The notes under the pieces: model-generated
Database searches by the model: none
What the model was told of the DNA's origin: nothing
The model's input: only the letters and a program-made list of their open reading frames with translations
Shown: positions 26,287-35,422 of the stretch, piece by piece
How the letters are laid out: each line of letters starts with the position of its first letter
How positions within the stretch are numbered: position 1 is the stretch's first letter
Source: a virus
Lineage: Duplodnaviria > Caudoviricetes
DNA: 64,000 bases
Reading direction: 5' to 3' (one strand)
Virus record (IMG/VR): IMGVR_UViG_3300049215_000407
Span: 448 to 64,447 of that record
Program-made: the position numbers and the translations under genes

Positions 26287-26433
26287 ATGCTCACCGTGCT
26301 CATCATTCTCGTGATCGCCGCGTTCATCGTGACCATTGCTTCGGCGGCTGCGCCCGGCAAATGTCCGGTGTGGGTTGCCGTACTTTTGCTCTGCATCGTC
26401 GAGCTACTTCGCGTACTCCCGCTCGGAAAATAA
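26287..26433 (+). CDS. small two-TM protein (holin-like candidate)
   Basis: 48 aa, two hydrophobic helices, between lysozyme-like genes. Confidence 0.5.
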   Translation: MLTVLIILVIAAFIVTIASAAAPGKCPVWVAVLLLCIVELLRVLPLGK

Positions 26434-26485
26434 TCCGTCAGGCGAGCGCCGCTTCAGTAGTCTCTACACGCGTTTCGGTGGTCGC

Positions 26486-26620
26486 ATGCGAACGTTCACG
26501 GACAAAGAAATCCGGTGGCTCACTGAACGCGTGCGCTACTACGTGAGCCGACAAAATTACACGTCGATCCCAGCCGCGATTGAGCGTGCGATTGCCGATC
26601 TCAAAGCGCTGAATTCTTGA
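26486..26620 (+). CDS. hypothetical protein
   Basis: 44-aa ORF. Confidence 0.4.
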   Translation: MRTFTDKEIRWLTERVRYYVSRQNYTSIPAAIERAIADLKALNS

Positions 26621-26728
26621 CTGGTTGACGGGTTGGTAGCCCGCGTAACCAGGCGACACCTTGCAGGGTGAAGCGGCATGCGGGGAAAGGGGGCTGCAAC
26701 CCCCCTCCTCGTGCTGTAACCTGCGGCC

Positions 26729-27526
26729 ATGGCCACCCCGAAAGAGTTCGCCGTCGCGCTCCTCAACCGATTGGGGCTCCAACCGACGAAGAACCGGATC
26801 ATCGGCATCGTCGACTTCGCGGCGCGCGAAGGGGGCCACTGGAATAACAGCGCACGCTACAACCCGCTCAACACGACGCGCAACATGTCTGGTGCCGTGA
26901 GCAAAAACAGTGCGGGCGTGAAGGCGTACACGAGCTGGGGGCAAGGCATCGAGGCGACGGCGCTGACGTTGCTGCAGACCGCGAAGGGATTCGACATGAG
27001 CCCCATCGTCAACGCACTCAAAGCAGACGCGGATCCGCACATCATCTTGAAATCGGTCACGGCAACGCCGTGGTGTCCTCAGAGCTCTCCGGGGTGTGCG
27101 CAGTATGATGTCGGAGATCTGAACGCGCTCTATCTGAGCTACGCGAACAAGAACGACAACGGCACCGCGCTCTCTGCTACGGGCACACCTCCCAACGAGG
27201 ATTTTCTCACGAAGTACGGATCCTGGCTTCTTGTAGGTGGTCTCCTTCTTGTGGGAGCCGGAGCTTGGTACGTCTCCACGAAGCCCGGTGGCTTCAAGGG
27301 TTTCATTGGTATGGGCGCGCGCGAAAATCCTGCGCGGCGTTCGAGAAGTCGAGCTCAACGCAACCCCCTCAAAGGGGGCTCATCGCGAGCGACGATTTCC
27401 GCGAACATTCGCAAGCTGCACCACGAGCATCCGCAGTGGGCGCACAATCGCGTCGTCGCCGCTGCGCTCAACAACGCAAGGCGCACCTCGCGCGGCGCGC
27501 TCCCGCCCTACCTACGCACCGGATAG
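26729..27526 (+). CDS. membrane-anchored lysozyme-like protein with Arg-rich RENP tail
   Basis: AREGG..YNPLNTT..GVKAYTSWGQGIEAT muramidase-like pattern; TM; GMGARENP. Confidence 0.6.
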   Translation: MATPKEFAVALLNRLGLQPTKNRIIGIVDFAAREGGHWNNSARYNPLNTTRNMSGAVSKNSAGVKAYTSWGQGIEATALTLLQTAKGFDMSPIVNALKADADPHIILKSVTATPWCPQSSPGCAQYDVGDLNALYLSYANKNDNGTALSATGTPPNEDFLTKYGSWLLVGGLLLVGAGAWYVSTKPGGFKGFIGMGARENPARRSRSRAQRNPLKGGSSRATISANIRKLHHEHPQWAHNRVVAAALNNARRTSRGALPPYLRTG

Positions 27527-27693
27527 TGGATCGGCTCGATCGATACACGCTCGCGAGCGCCGAGCCGGAAGCGCTGCATCGTCTCGCGCGCTACGTAAAG
27601 ATCGATCCCTCGAAGTGCACGTGCCCGACGTGCACCGCGGAGCTCGTGGAGCTCCTCGTGCGCAAGCTCGACGAGCTCGAACTGCGTAGGTAG
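27526..27693 (+). CDS. hypothetical protein
   Basis: Coupled GTG; CTCPTC. Confidence 0.4.
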   Translation: MDRLDRYTLASAEPEALHRLARYVKIDPSKCTCPTCTAELVELLVRKLDELELRR

Positions 27694-27724
27694 AACGTCT
27701 TGTTTGCCATCAAGACATCCCGGC

Positions 27725-27853
27725 TCACCGACGTTCGAGCCAAGGTCTCGTGCTCTTGGTTCGCGGCGGGTGAGGTGAGGAAAACTCGACCGCGACGACG
27801 AGGATCCCCCCGACGACGCTCAGCGCAAACACGATCCACGCGAGCTTGGTCAT
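27725..27853 (-). CDS. small membrane protein
   Basis: Hydrophobic N-terminus. Confidence 0.35.
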   Translation of the reverse strand: MTKLAWIVFALSVVGGILVVAVEFSSPHPPRTKSTRPWLERR

Positions 27854-27854
27854 C

Positions 27855-28184
27855 TCAGTTCTCTGGGAAGGTGACTTCGCCGTCCTCTTTGCGCCACACC
27901 ATGATGTACGAGAGCGGCACTTTCTGCGCTTCGACATCTTCTTCGATGGTCTCGCCGAACTTGATGCGGCACGCATCGCAGAGTAAGACCCACTTCGCCA
28001 TGACGTGCTGCTTCGTCACCGGATGCGTGACGTGAAGATTCGGCTCGCCCTTGGGCGTGGCGACCATGAAGTAGTTCGCGCCGTTCGGATTCGGTTTATG
28101 GACGCAGCCCACGCATACGTCGCCCACCTGCGGGGACTTCGCGCGCCTCGCCATGTTGCGTCGGATTTTTCGCTTGAAGCTCAT
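27855..28184 (-). CDS. hypothetical Zn-binding protein
   Basis: CVH..CDAC; GGAG SD. Confidence 0.55.
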   Translation of the reverse strand: MSFKRKIRRNMARRAKSPQVGDVCVGCVHKPNPNGANYFMVATPKGEPNLHVTHPVTKQHVMAKWVLLCDACRIKFGETIEEDVEAQKVPLSYIMVWRKEDGEVTFPEN

Positions 28185-28326
28185 CGCGTCTCCCACTCGC
28201 ATCGATTCTCGTCGTACAGCGCGCATCGTTGAATTTCGAGGCCGCCGTCTTGTCTGCGGATGTCTCGAACAAACTTGCCACGCATCTCGCATCCACAAAG
28301 AAGCAACGCGAGGACCGCAATGCGAA

Positions 28327-28551
28327 TCACTGCCACGTCTCGCTCTCGTTTTCTTCGCGAGGATCCGGACTGAAGTGCTTCGCTTCACACCGTCCCTTGT
28401 GATACCGGAACTTTTCGCAGTGAAGGTGTTCGAGCCGATCGCGAATCACTTGCGGGGCCATGCTCGCAGTGCCCGATGGAAGTCTCGGCCGGTTACACCG
28501 GATGTGAAACACCGCGCAGAAGAACGCCAAAACCGAATAGACCCACGTCAT
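28327..28551 (-). CDS. hypothetical protein
   Basis: Coupled ORF. Confidence 0.4.
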   Translation of the reverse strand: MTWVYSVLAFFCAVFHIRCNRPRLPSGTASMAPQVIRDRLEHLHCEKFRYHKGRCEAKHFSPDPREENESETWQ

Positions 28552-28850
28552 CGTTCGCTCTCTTTCTTTTTTTCGTCGCGCTTGCAGTTGCACTCGCCGT
28601 TGCCGCCGTAGTTGCGTTCGTAGTTCGAGTGTTGAGCATCGGTCCAGCTCTCGTTCACGAACAAGGGACACCCGAAGTCGTGCGGCCGTTGCTCGGATCT
28701 CTCTAGCTCGGGATTCGCCACGAGCTCATCGTCGATCTTACAGAAGGGACACAAGTCGGGGTTCGCGTTGTGCACGCATCGCAACGGCATCGAGACGCCC
28801 ATTGCTCCGGCTCCCGTGGGAAGTGTGGGCGGGGGATCACTCGTGCTCAA
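28548..28850 (-). CDS. hypothetical Cys-rich protein
   Basis: Coupled ORF. Confidence 0.5.
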   Translation of the reverse strand: MSTSDPPPTLPTGAGAMGVSMPLRCVHNANPDLCPFCKIDDELVANPELERSEQRPHDFGCPLFVNESWTDAQHSNYERNYGGNGECNCKRDEKKKESER

Positions 28851-29104
28851 TTTGTCTGCTCCTTTTCAAGTCCTTCATGAACCCGTCTCGCGACCTCGGT
28901 GTCGAACGCGGCTCCCATCTCACGCAGAAAAGTTTCTTTCGGAATCCCGATCGCGACCGCGCTACCGCATGCTGCCGCGCAAACGATCGCCGACACCATC
29001 GGTTCGGGAGCGCGATCGAGCGCTTGCTCGATCCATTCGATGTGCTCGTCCGATAGCTCGTCGAACAGCGCTTCTTCGTCGGGCGTGGGGTCGAACGGGC
29101 TCAC
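28847..29104 (-). CDS. hypothetical protein
   Basis: Coupled ORF. Confidence 0.55.
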   Translation of the reverse strand: MSPFDPTPDEEALFDELSDEHIEWIEQALDRAPEPMVSAIVCAAACGSAVAIGIPKETFLREMGAAFDTEVARRVHEGLEKEQTN

Positions 29105-29643
29105 GGCTTTTCCTCTGCGAGCTTCGTGAGGAGCGCGTAGACGCGCGTGGCGTACTCGCGCGCTTTCTCTTGCGTCCTCGCCTCACCGCCGCAGTGACCT
29201 ATGGGGTATTCCACTTCCCAATTCCAGTGATCGCCGTTCTCGAACGTCCAGAGCTCGAAGCTATGGTCGCCAAGCGGATCAGCGTAGTCGTTGAAGTTCT
29301 CCGGGTAACGCACACCGCCGTGTGGGCACTCTTGCAGCCAAGTGATCTCGCCCTTCTCTGCGGCATTGCGCGCCGTGACTCGAACCGCGCAGAGGTGACA
29401 CATCGGGCGAGCGGTGAATTCGGTTCCCCCCAAAAGTCTTTTGCCGCACGTACACATGCCCTTCGGCGGCGACTCGGGGTAGACGAACTTGCGGATCTTC
29501 TCGCCCTTGGCGTTGATCTCGTCCGTCTCCTCGATGCCCGAGCAGAGGTAGATCGCGTTGCAGTTCCTACAGAAGACGTCGCCGACCCACTTTTGGTCGC
29601 CGTCGTTCGGGCAGGGGAGCGTGAGGTTTTCGATCAGATCCAT
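29101..29643 (-). CDS. Zn-ribbon hypothetical protein
   Basis: CRNC, CTCG, CHLC. Confidence 0.55.
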   Translation of the reverse strand: MDLIENLTLPCPNDGDQKWVGDVFCRNCNAIYLCSGIEETDEINAKGEKIRKFVYPESPPKGMCTCGKRLLGGTEFTARPMCHLCAVRVTARNAAEKGEITWLQECPHGGVRYPENFNDYADPLGDHSFELWTFENGDHWNWEVEYPIGHCGGEARTQEKAREYATRVYALLTKLAEEKP

Positions 29644-29645
29644 GG

Positions 29646-29891
29646 TCAGTCTTTCTTGATGTAGCGCCCAACGCGCTGCGGTGTTCGGAGATTCGGATCG
29701 GGCGGTGCTGGCGCACGAGCGGCGGCGTCCGCTTCGCGAGAGATGCGCGTGCAATCTGCACAAAGGAATTTGCCGTCCATTCGCCGAGACCACTGCGACC
29801 GACGATAGGGCTTCTTGAGACCGCAGCACGCGCACTGCTTGCGCACTTTGCGGTCGAGCACACCCGCACGAGAGCTTCGACGATCCATCAC
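29646..29891 (-). CDS. small Zn-finger protein
   Basis: CACC..CADC. Confidence 0.45.
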   Translation of the reverse strand: MMDRRSSRAGVLDRKVRKQCACCGLKKPYRRSQWSRRMDGKFLCADCTRISREADAAARAPAPPDPNLRTPQRVGRYIKKD

Positions 29892-31015
29892 ATACCTCGA
29901 AGGGTGGGCGCGAGCTCGAAGCAACCGTCGTCGCGCTTCGAGACCAATTCTTGAGCCTTGAGTGCCGTCATGATGTTCTGCACGGTGCGAAATGCGCACC
30001 GGCCGTTGAGCACGTGCGCGATCTGGCTCAGCGACATGGCTTCGGCGTCGCTCGTAAAGAGCACATCGAGCACGATGGCCTGGGTCTCGGGAAGCGTCTC
30101 GCCGAGATGGTCACGCAGCGTTTTGCCCGTGAGCGGCTTCGCGAGCTTGCCCTTGAGCTCCTCGCGCGCGTATTCCGTGAGCGCGAAGCGATCTTCGTTC
30201 TTTTCGATCAGCTCTAACGTCTTGAGCTTCGTGATGATGTTTTGCTTCGTGCGCTTCGTGATGCCGGGGACCATCACCGAGATCGCCGAAAGGGTGACGC
30301 CCTCTTTCTTCGACGCGATCGCGAAGAGCACCTTGCGCTCGGAGTCAGACAGCTTTTCGAGGATCGCACCCTTCGCGAGCTCGATGTAGCGACCCTTCAC
30401 CGCGGTCTTGCCCTCTTCGGTGGCACGGAACTTCCCGTGATTCGCGTCCTTGATGATGTAGCGCATCGACTTGAGCGACGTGAGGATGTTCTGAATCGTG
30501 CGCTTCTTGAGCGCGACCTTGATCGCGATCTGCGCAGGTGTCATGCCGCCCGCTGACTGCACGATCAGAACGAGCACCTTCTCTTCGCTCGTGCCAAGAA
30601 GACCGTGCGGCGGCGACGGTCGATCCGAAGGAACGCCTCGCCCTTCGGTCTCGTCGTCTTCTTCATGAACGACTTGGCGAATGTGATCGCTCACGGGCGA
30701 TGGCTTCTTCGCTCGCGTGCCGCGCCTCTTCGGAGGTTCGGGCGGGAGGATCTTTTCGATCTCTTCGACCGACGAGATGTCGCCGGGGCGCACCTCAGAA
30801 AGGGTAGCGTCCGGGTCGAGGTCGATGCCCACGCGAATCGCGGCGTCCAGAATTCCGGCGTCGATAGATGTCTTCTTGTGCGCTCGCGTGCTCATGAGCG
30901 CGAGGTCTCCGTAGACGTGCTTCTCGTACGAGTCGAGCGCCTTGCCGATGTCGGTCCAGAGCTTCTGTCGTGCGAGCCGGATCACGTCCTTGCGTACGAG
31001 CTTCTTCGAGGCCAT
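29888..31015 (-). CDS. DNA-binding protein with three tandem winged-helix domains
   Basis: Three repeats ending RTIQNILTSLK, RTKQNIITKLK, RTVQNIMTALK plus wing. Confidence 0.75.
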   Translation of the reverse strand: MASKKLVRKDVIRLARQKLWTDIGKALDSYEKHVYGDLALMSTRAHKKTSIDAGILDAAIRVGIDLDPDATLSEVRPGDISSVEEIEKILPPEPPKRRGTRAKKPSPVSDHIRQVVHEEDDETEGRGVPSDRPSPPHGLLGTSEEKVLVLIVQSAGGMTPAQIAIKVALKKRTIQNILTSLKSMRYIIKDANHGKFRATEEGKTAVKGRYIELAKGAILEKLSDSERKVLFAIASKKEGVTLSAISVMVPGITKRTKQNIITKLKTLELIEKNEDRFALTEYAREELKGKLAKPLTGKTLRDHLGETLPETQAIVLDVLFTSDAEAMSLSQIAHVLNGRCAFRTVQNIMTALKAQELVSKRDDGCFELAPTLRGM

Positions 31016-31419
31016 CAGCTCGTTCTCCGTTGAAGCATCGTCGCGAGGATTTCTTTGGCGAGGCCGGCGCGAGTTACTCGTCGACCTGGATGCTCGCGCC
31101 TCTCACGTGCGATCTCTTCATTGAGAAGTCGAAATTCTTCGTCGCTGAATCGAACGAGGATCAGCGCGCCCTGTCGCTTAGGCAATTCGGCTCGCGTGAG
31201 AAATTCGATCCGCGCGAGTAGTCTCGGTGTGGGAGAGAAGTATTCGTTGCCGAGCGCATGCTTCTTCCAGCGATGGTGCTCGGCAGCTTCTTCTGCCTGG
31301 CCTCCCTTGAAGCACGCGAGGAGCGTGAGCTTCAAACCGGTGCACCGACGACGTGGATCTTGGGAGAAGCCGATCTTGACCGCACCGTCCTTCCGGCGTG
31401 CGAAGTACACCCAGCTCAT
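31015..31419 (-). CDS. T5orf172/GIY-YIG-like domain fused to RHH domain
   Basis: WVYF..VKIGFSQDPRRR..E..H..EYF; C-terminal LVRFSDEE..VTRAGLAKEIL. Confidence 0.65.
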   Translation of the reverse strand: MSWVYFARRKDGAVKIGFSQDPRRRCTGLKLTLLACFKGGQAEEAAEHHRWKKHALGNEYFSPTPRLLARIEFLTRAELPKRQGALILVRFSDEEFRLLNEEIARERREHPGRRVTRAGLAKEILATMLQRRTS

Positions 31420-31586
31420 CGCCGAAGCCCCTTCGTCAAAACGTCGCGCACCACCTCCGCGCGCGTGATGCGGCGGTTCGAGTTCTTCTTCTGCTCGCTG
31501 GCGATGCGGTCGTTGAGGAGCCCCCAGAGCTCGTCGTTCACCTCCACATAGAGCGTGTGCGACCTTTTTTCGTCGGAATCGTCCAT
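31416..31586 (-). CDS. ribbon-helix-helix DNA-binding protein
   Basis: TLYVEVNDELWGLL..ITRAEVVRDVL; TATAGT 8 nt upstream. Confidence 0.65.
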   Translation of the reverse strand: MDDSDEKRSHTLYVEVNDELWGLLNDRIASEQKKNSNRRITRAEVVRDVLTKGLRR

Positions 31587-31688
31587 AGGCGAACACTATA
31601 CAGTCCCTAGACGATTACAAGGCCATTTCTAGACTTTGAATCGGAATTTTATTTTCCGATTCGATTTACAGGTGTTGTTTCAAGTACA

Positions 31689-32133
31689 TCCGCCACTTCG
31701 AGGGCTCGATCCGCCAGATCGATCACGAGGCACAAGTATTTGTGTTTGGTTTCAACGACATCCGCCACTTCTAGCTGACGAAAGTCAAAAAAACCGATCT
31801 GGCGGAAGAATTTCTTTTGCGTTTCCGCCACTTCCGCCACTCCGCCAGATAAACCCCCTTTTACAAAAGAGGAACAAAGAAAAGGTGGCGGAGTGGCGGA
31901 AGGGGGAGTGAACGAGGGTTCACACAATGGGGCTCGGGAGAGAAAATAAAAAACGCGACCGCGCCGGGGACTTTCACGAAACAAGTGGCGGAAGTGGCGG
32001 AGTGGCGGCGATGGTTGATATCGCTAGCGAATTCTTCCGCCACTTCGATCCGCCACTTGGGCTCCAGCTCGAAGTGGCGGAAGCTCGGGCAGAAATCAGC
32101 ATCGCCCGTGCGGGAAAATTCCAGTTCCGCCAC
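31689..32133. repeat. iteron-like repeat field, putative replication origin
   Basis: 16 copies of (T)CCGCCA(C/G), 9 forward and 7 reverse, in lower-GC noncoding DNA next to primase-helicase. Confidence 0.75.
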
Positions 32134-32180
32134 ATAGGAGCAGAAAGCGCTCGCTACGACCCCGAGCTCTACGCTCGCGC

Positions 32181-34571
32181 CTAATTCTCTTCGTCCGCGA
32201 GGTCGGCGGCGACTTGCGCGAAGTCGAGCATCGGCGGCGGCCTGTAGAACCGCATGCTCCCAGCCCCCCGTCCCGTTTTTCGGATCGTGCCCTTGATGTC
32301 GGAGACCGCGCGCCCGAGACGCATCGCGAAACCTTGGTCGGCTTGCACGCTCGGGATACGAAGCCACTCGGCGAGCACGTCCGCCGTCTGCCACCCGAGC
32401 CAAAGAGGTCGAAACGTGCCATCGGACTGCGCAAGGGGCTCGTTCGCGAGTCGAAGAAGCCGATCGCGAAGGGGATCCACGATGCGCGCCTTCTCGGCCT
32501 CGTTTTCGATCGCGTCGTAGTCGAGCCCCGTGCGCCACGAGTCGGAGATCTTCGCTTCGGCGAAGAGCTGCAAGCGATCGCGCGCAATCAAGTCGATGTC
32601 GACTTTCCCGGCGACGCCCACTTCCCAGCGAAGCCACCTGCGGTTGCCCGTGGGATCGTAGAAGTATTGATTGTCGTTCGTCGAGCACACGAGGAGCGCG
32701 CGGCGCGGTCGCACGGTGTGATCGTTTTCGTACTTCGCGATGTACTGCTCGACGAGTTTCGAGATCCACGACTTGATTGCGTCGAGCCGCTTCGGATCAC
32801 GCGCTTTGAATTCGTCGTCGTGGATGATCCATCGCGTGACGCTCGCGCGTTGGAGATCGAGCTTGTCGGGATCGAACTTTCCCATGATCGAGATCCACGG
32901 CGCGTCCATTCGATCCGAGTAGAAGAGCGTGTTGAGCGCGTAGTTTTTGTTCACGCGTTGCAAGCCCTGGAGTACGGGCACGATGTCGACGAGTAGGCCG
33001 GGCATCAACGCACGCTCGATGCATGCACGAAGCCACGAGCGTCCGGTCGCACGGTGATACTTCGTGTCCTTGCAACCGAGGTACGTCGTGAGCCACGTGT
33101 CGATGCGACGTTGCCCGTCCCACTCGGGAAGGTTCTCGACGAAGAGCTGCAGCGAATCGAACGAGCGACGCCTTGCGGCCACACGGATCCCCTCTTCGGT
33201 CGTGTCCGCGCCAACGCGTACGCCCTGACGAACGCACCACGCTTGTACGGGAATGCGATCGACTTTCGTGTACGCGCCTGAGCCCTCTGCAACGGGATTC
33301 GGTCGTGGCGACGGCCAGTAGATTCTGTCGGAGTAGACGTCGTAACCCGGGCCACCGCGCCAGTTTGGATGCGACCCGAGGAGCCGCGCGACGTTTTCGG
33401 CGATCGCAGCGGGAGCGCCCTTGTCTTGAATGAGCTCGATCGGCGGAGCGGGCGGCGGTTCTTCACTCACCACCTCGACGCGCGGAGCTTCACGCGAAGG
33501 CTCTGCGGACGATCCCGATTCGGGATCGGGCTTGTCGTAGACGGGAAGAGGACGCGGACCCGAAACAATGTTGTTCTGGACGACGTAACGCTCGGCCGAT
33601 GCGAGCGTGCGGCGCACTTCGGTGCGCGTGAGCCCCGCGAAGGTGGCAGCGTTTTCGAGCTGCCTGAGCACGTACTCCCATTTGCCCACGGAGTAGCTGG
33701 AGTTCGCGAGCGCGAGGAGTCGGATCGCTTTGCGATAGAGGTAGTCGTTCCTCATGCCCTCGGGCATGTACGCGAGCCGCGCTGCTTCTTCGGTGACGGC
33801 CTTCTGCAAATACGCAGCGGCTTTCTTCTTTGCCTTCTCGTCCTGCGCGAATGTGTCGGGCGTGTAGTCGACGAGGAATCTCGGCGGCGGAACATCTTCG
33901 AGGAGCGGCTCGCACCACGCGACAGGGAGCGTGAGCACCTCGCCGAGCTTCGACCACACGTACCGCTTGCCCGAAATGTGGAGACTGGGCGCGACGACGA
34001 CTTGGCCCCCTCCCACTTTCACGTCGACGCCGGGGATGCGCTCTTGCTTCTCTCCGTTCTCACGCGGTTTCCCCGAGAGCGCCGTGCGGTTTTTGAGACG
34101 AGCCTTCGGAACGATCTCCGGGATTCGATAGAAGAGCCGGTAGCCGCGGGCGCTCTCACACGTGGCGGTGTCGCGAGGAAGGAACCCGAGCTCCAATTCG
34201 AGCTGGGCGACGCGCGGCTCGTCGTCGACGTCGACGGCCACGAGGTACGACCCATCGCGTTGCTCGCCGAGGATGAGCCCCACGTTCGACTTTGCGCGAA
34301 TGCTCAGAAATTCATCACGCAAAGCTTCTTCGGTCTCGGCGGGCTTGGGCCAATTCTTCCGGATCGGATGCTTGCCGGCGTTCTTGCCGCAATCGGTGTT
34401 GCACACGCACCTGAGCCCCTCGGGCGTGGAGATATCTCCCTCGATTCCGTACGTGAAGACCGGCTTGCGGCCGTTGCGGAAGTATTCGAGTGCAGCCTCG
34501 AAGGAAGACATCCCCTCCGAGATTACGAAATCAAAAAAGGGTGCGTTGGCGCTCGTCGTGTCCATCGTCAT
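32181..34571 (-). CDS. bifunctional primase-polymerase fused to VirE/VapE-like helicase
   Basis: GKHP, NVGL, AVDVD, GVDVKVGGGQVVVAPSLHISG; C-terminal VirE pattern ..CSTND..DPTGNRRW. Confidence 0.85.
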   Translation of the reverse strand: MTMDTTSANAPFFDFVISEGMSSFEAALEYFRNGRKPVFTYGIEGDISTPEGLRCVCNTDCGKNAGKHPIRKNWPKPAETEEALRDEFLSIRAKSNVGLILGEQRDGSYLVAVDVDDEPRVAQLELELGFLPRDTATCESARGYRLFYRIPEIVPKARLKNRTALSGKPRENGEKQERIPGVDVKVGGGQVVVAPSLHISGKRYVWSKLGEVLTLPVAWCEPLLEDVPPPRFLVDYTPDTFAQDEKAKKKAAAYLQKAVTEEAARLAYMPEGMRNDYLYRKAIRLLALANSSYSVGKWEYVLRQLENAATFAGLTRTEVRRTLASAERYVVQNNIVSGPRPLPVYDKPDPESGSSAEPSREAPRVEVVSEEPPPAPPIELIQDKGAPAAIAENVARLLGSHPNWRGGPGYDVYSDRIYWPSPRPNPVAEGSGAYTKVDRIPVQAWCVRQGVRVGADTTEEGIRVAARRRSFDSLQLFVENLPEWDGQRRIDTWLTTYLGCKDTKYHRATGRSWLRACIERALMPGLLVDIVPVLQGLQRVNKNYALNTLFYSDRMDAPWISIMGKFDPDKLDLQRASVTRWIIHDDEFKARDPKRLDAIKSWISKLVEQYIAKYENDHTVRPRRALLVCSTNDNQYFYDPTGNRRWLRWEVGVAGKVDIDLIARDRLQLFAEAKISDSWRTGLDYDAIENEAEKARIVDPLRDRLLRLANEPLAQSDGTFRPLWLGWQTADVLAEWLRIPSVQADQGFAMRLGRAVSDIKGTIRKTGRGAGSMRFYRPPPMLDFAQVAADLADEEN

Positions 34572-34969
34572 GCAAGACCCCGAAGAAGAACCAGCCAGCG
34601 GCCTGTTTCCGCGACCCAGCGATCGATCACTTGCCGCGGGGTTTCACCTTTTTTCGCGCGGAGCTTGAGATGCGGCACTCGGTTCGAGTCGCAGTACGCT
34701 TTCCAAGCTTTCTGACCAGGGCGCTCCGGCGTGCGCACGTTCTTCAATTCGATCTCCAGAGGCATCGGATGCGGAGGGCGATAGAGCCAGCCCCAGACGT
34801 CGGCTTGACCCGTGATCCCGGCCTTGAAGACGTTGCCCCGTTCGTCTTGGAATTGTCCGACGTTGCGAATGAAGAGCCGCGCGTCGAGAAATCTCTCCGT
34901 GCACTCCGCGACGTAGAAGCGCCGAAGCTCGGTCTCGGTTGCGCGTTTGAGTTCGTCAAGAACGTTCAC
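34568..34969 (-). CDS. VRR-NUC-like / PD-(D/E)XK nuclease
   Basis: RNVG..GQADVWG..EIELK..Q..W. Confidence 0.7.
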   Translation of the reverse strand: MNVLDELKRATETELRRFYVAECTERFLDARLFIRNVGQFQDERGNVFKAGITGQADVWGWLYRPPHPMPLEIELKNVRTPERPGQKAWKAYCDSNRVPHLKLRAKKGETPRQVIDRWVAETGRWLVLLRGLA

Positions 34970-35232
34970 GCTCGCCTCGAACGACGTCGCGACTTCGTGC
35001 GTGTGCGCTCCTTCACCGGCTTGGGTTTTTTGAGAACGGCGCGACTGAACACCGACTCGACGTACGTCTTGTCGGCTTCGGCTTTTGCGCGATCACGGGT
35101 TCTTACCCCCTGAAAGCAGATCGAGTGCATCCCTGGTTTCGGGATGAAGCGCACTTCGACGTGGTACGTCGACGGCTCTTGCCTTCCGCTGATGGATCGG
35201 TCGATGGATTCACACACTGCAATTTCGATCAT
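34966..35232 (-). CDS. hypothetical protein
   Basis: Coupled ORF. Confidence 0.5.
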   Translation of the reverse strand: MIEIAVCESIDRSISGRQEPSTYHVEVRFIPKPGMHSICFQGVRTRDRAKAEADKTYVESVFSRAVLKKPKPVKERTRTKSRRRSRRA

Positions 35233-35422
35233 CGTTCGTTCCTTTCGTTGCTTTTTTGCGAAGCATGCTTCTGCGCTCAGTACATCCCGTGCACTTCGTT
35301 CGCTCGCGCGCCGCCTTCGGCCAGTACGCTGCGACGTACACTCTCCCGCACGGGCACCGAATCCGGAGTCGTGGTGCAGCGCCCGATCCGCGATTCTCTA
35401 CGACGGCGAGGATCTCGCTCAT
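35210..35422 (-). CDS. small Zn-finger protein
   Basis: CPCG..CTGC. Confidence 0.45.
   Translation of the reverse strand: MSEILAVVENRGSGAAPRLRIRCPCGRVYVAAYWPKAARERTKCTGCTERRSMLRKKATKGTNDDRNCSV

Noticed and set aside
26686-26712. tRNA gene
   Set aside because: Only a T-arm-like hairpin; no TTC, D-arm or anticodon arm. I found no convincing tRNA or rRNA in the window
31636-32184. Short ORFs over the repeat field
   Set aside because: Atypical composition driven by iterons; more likely noncoding origin DNA
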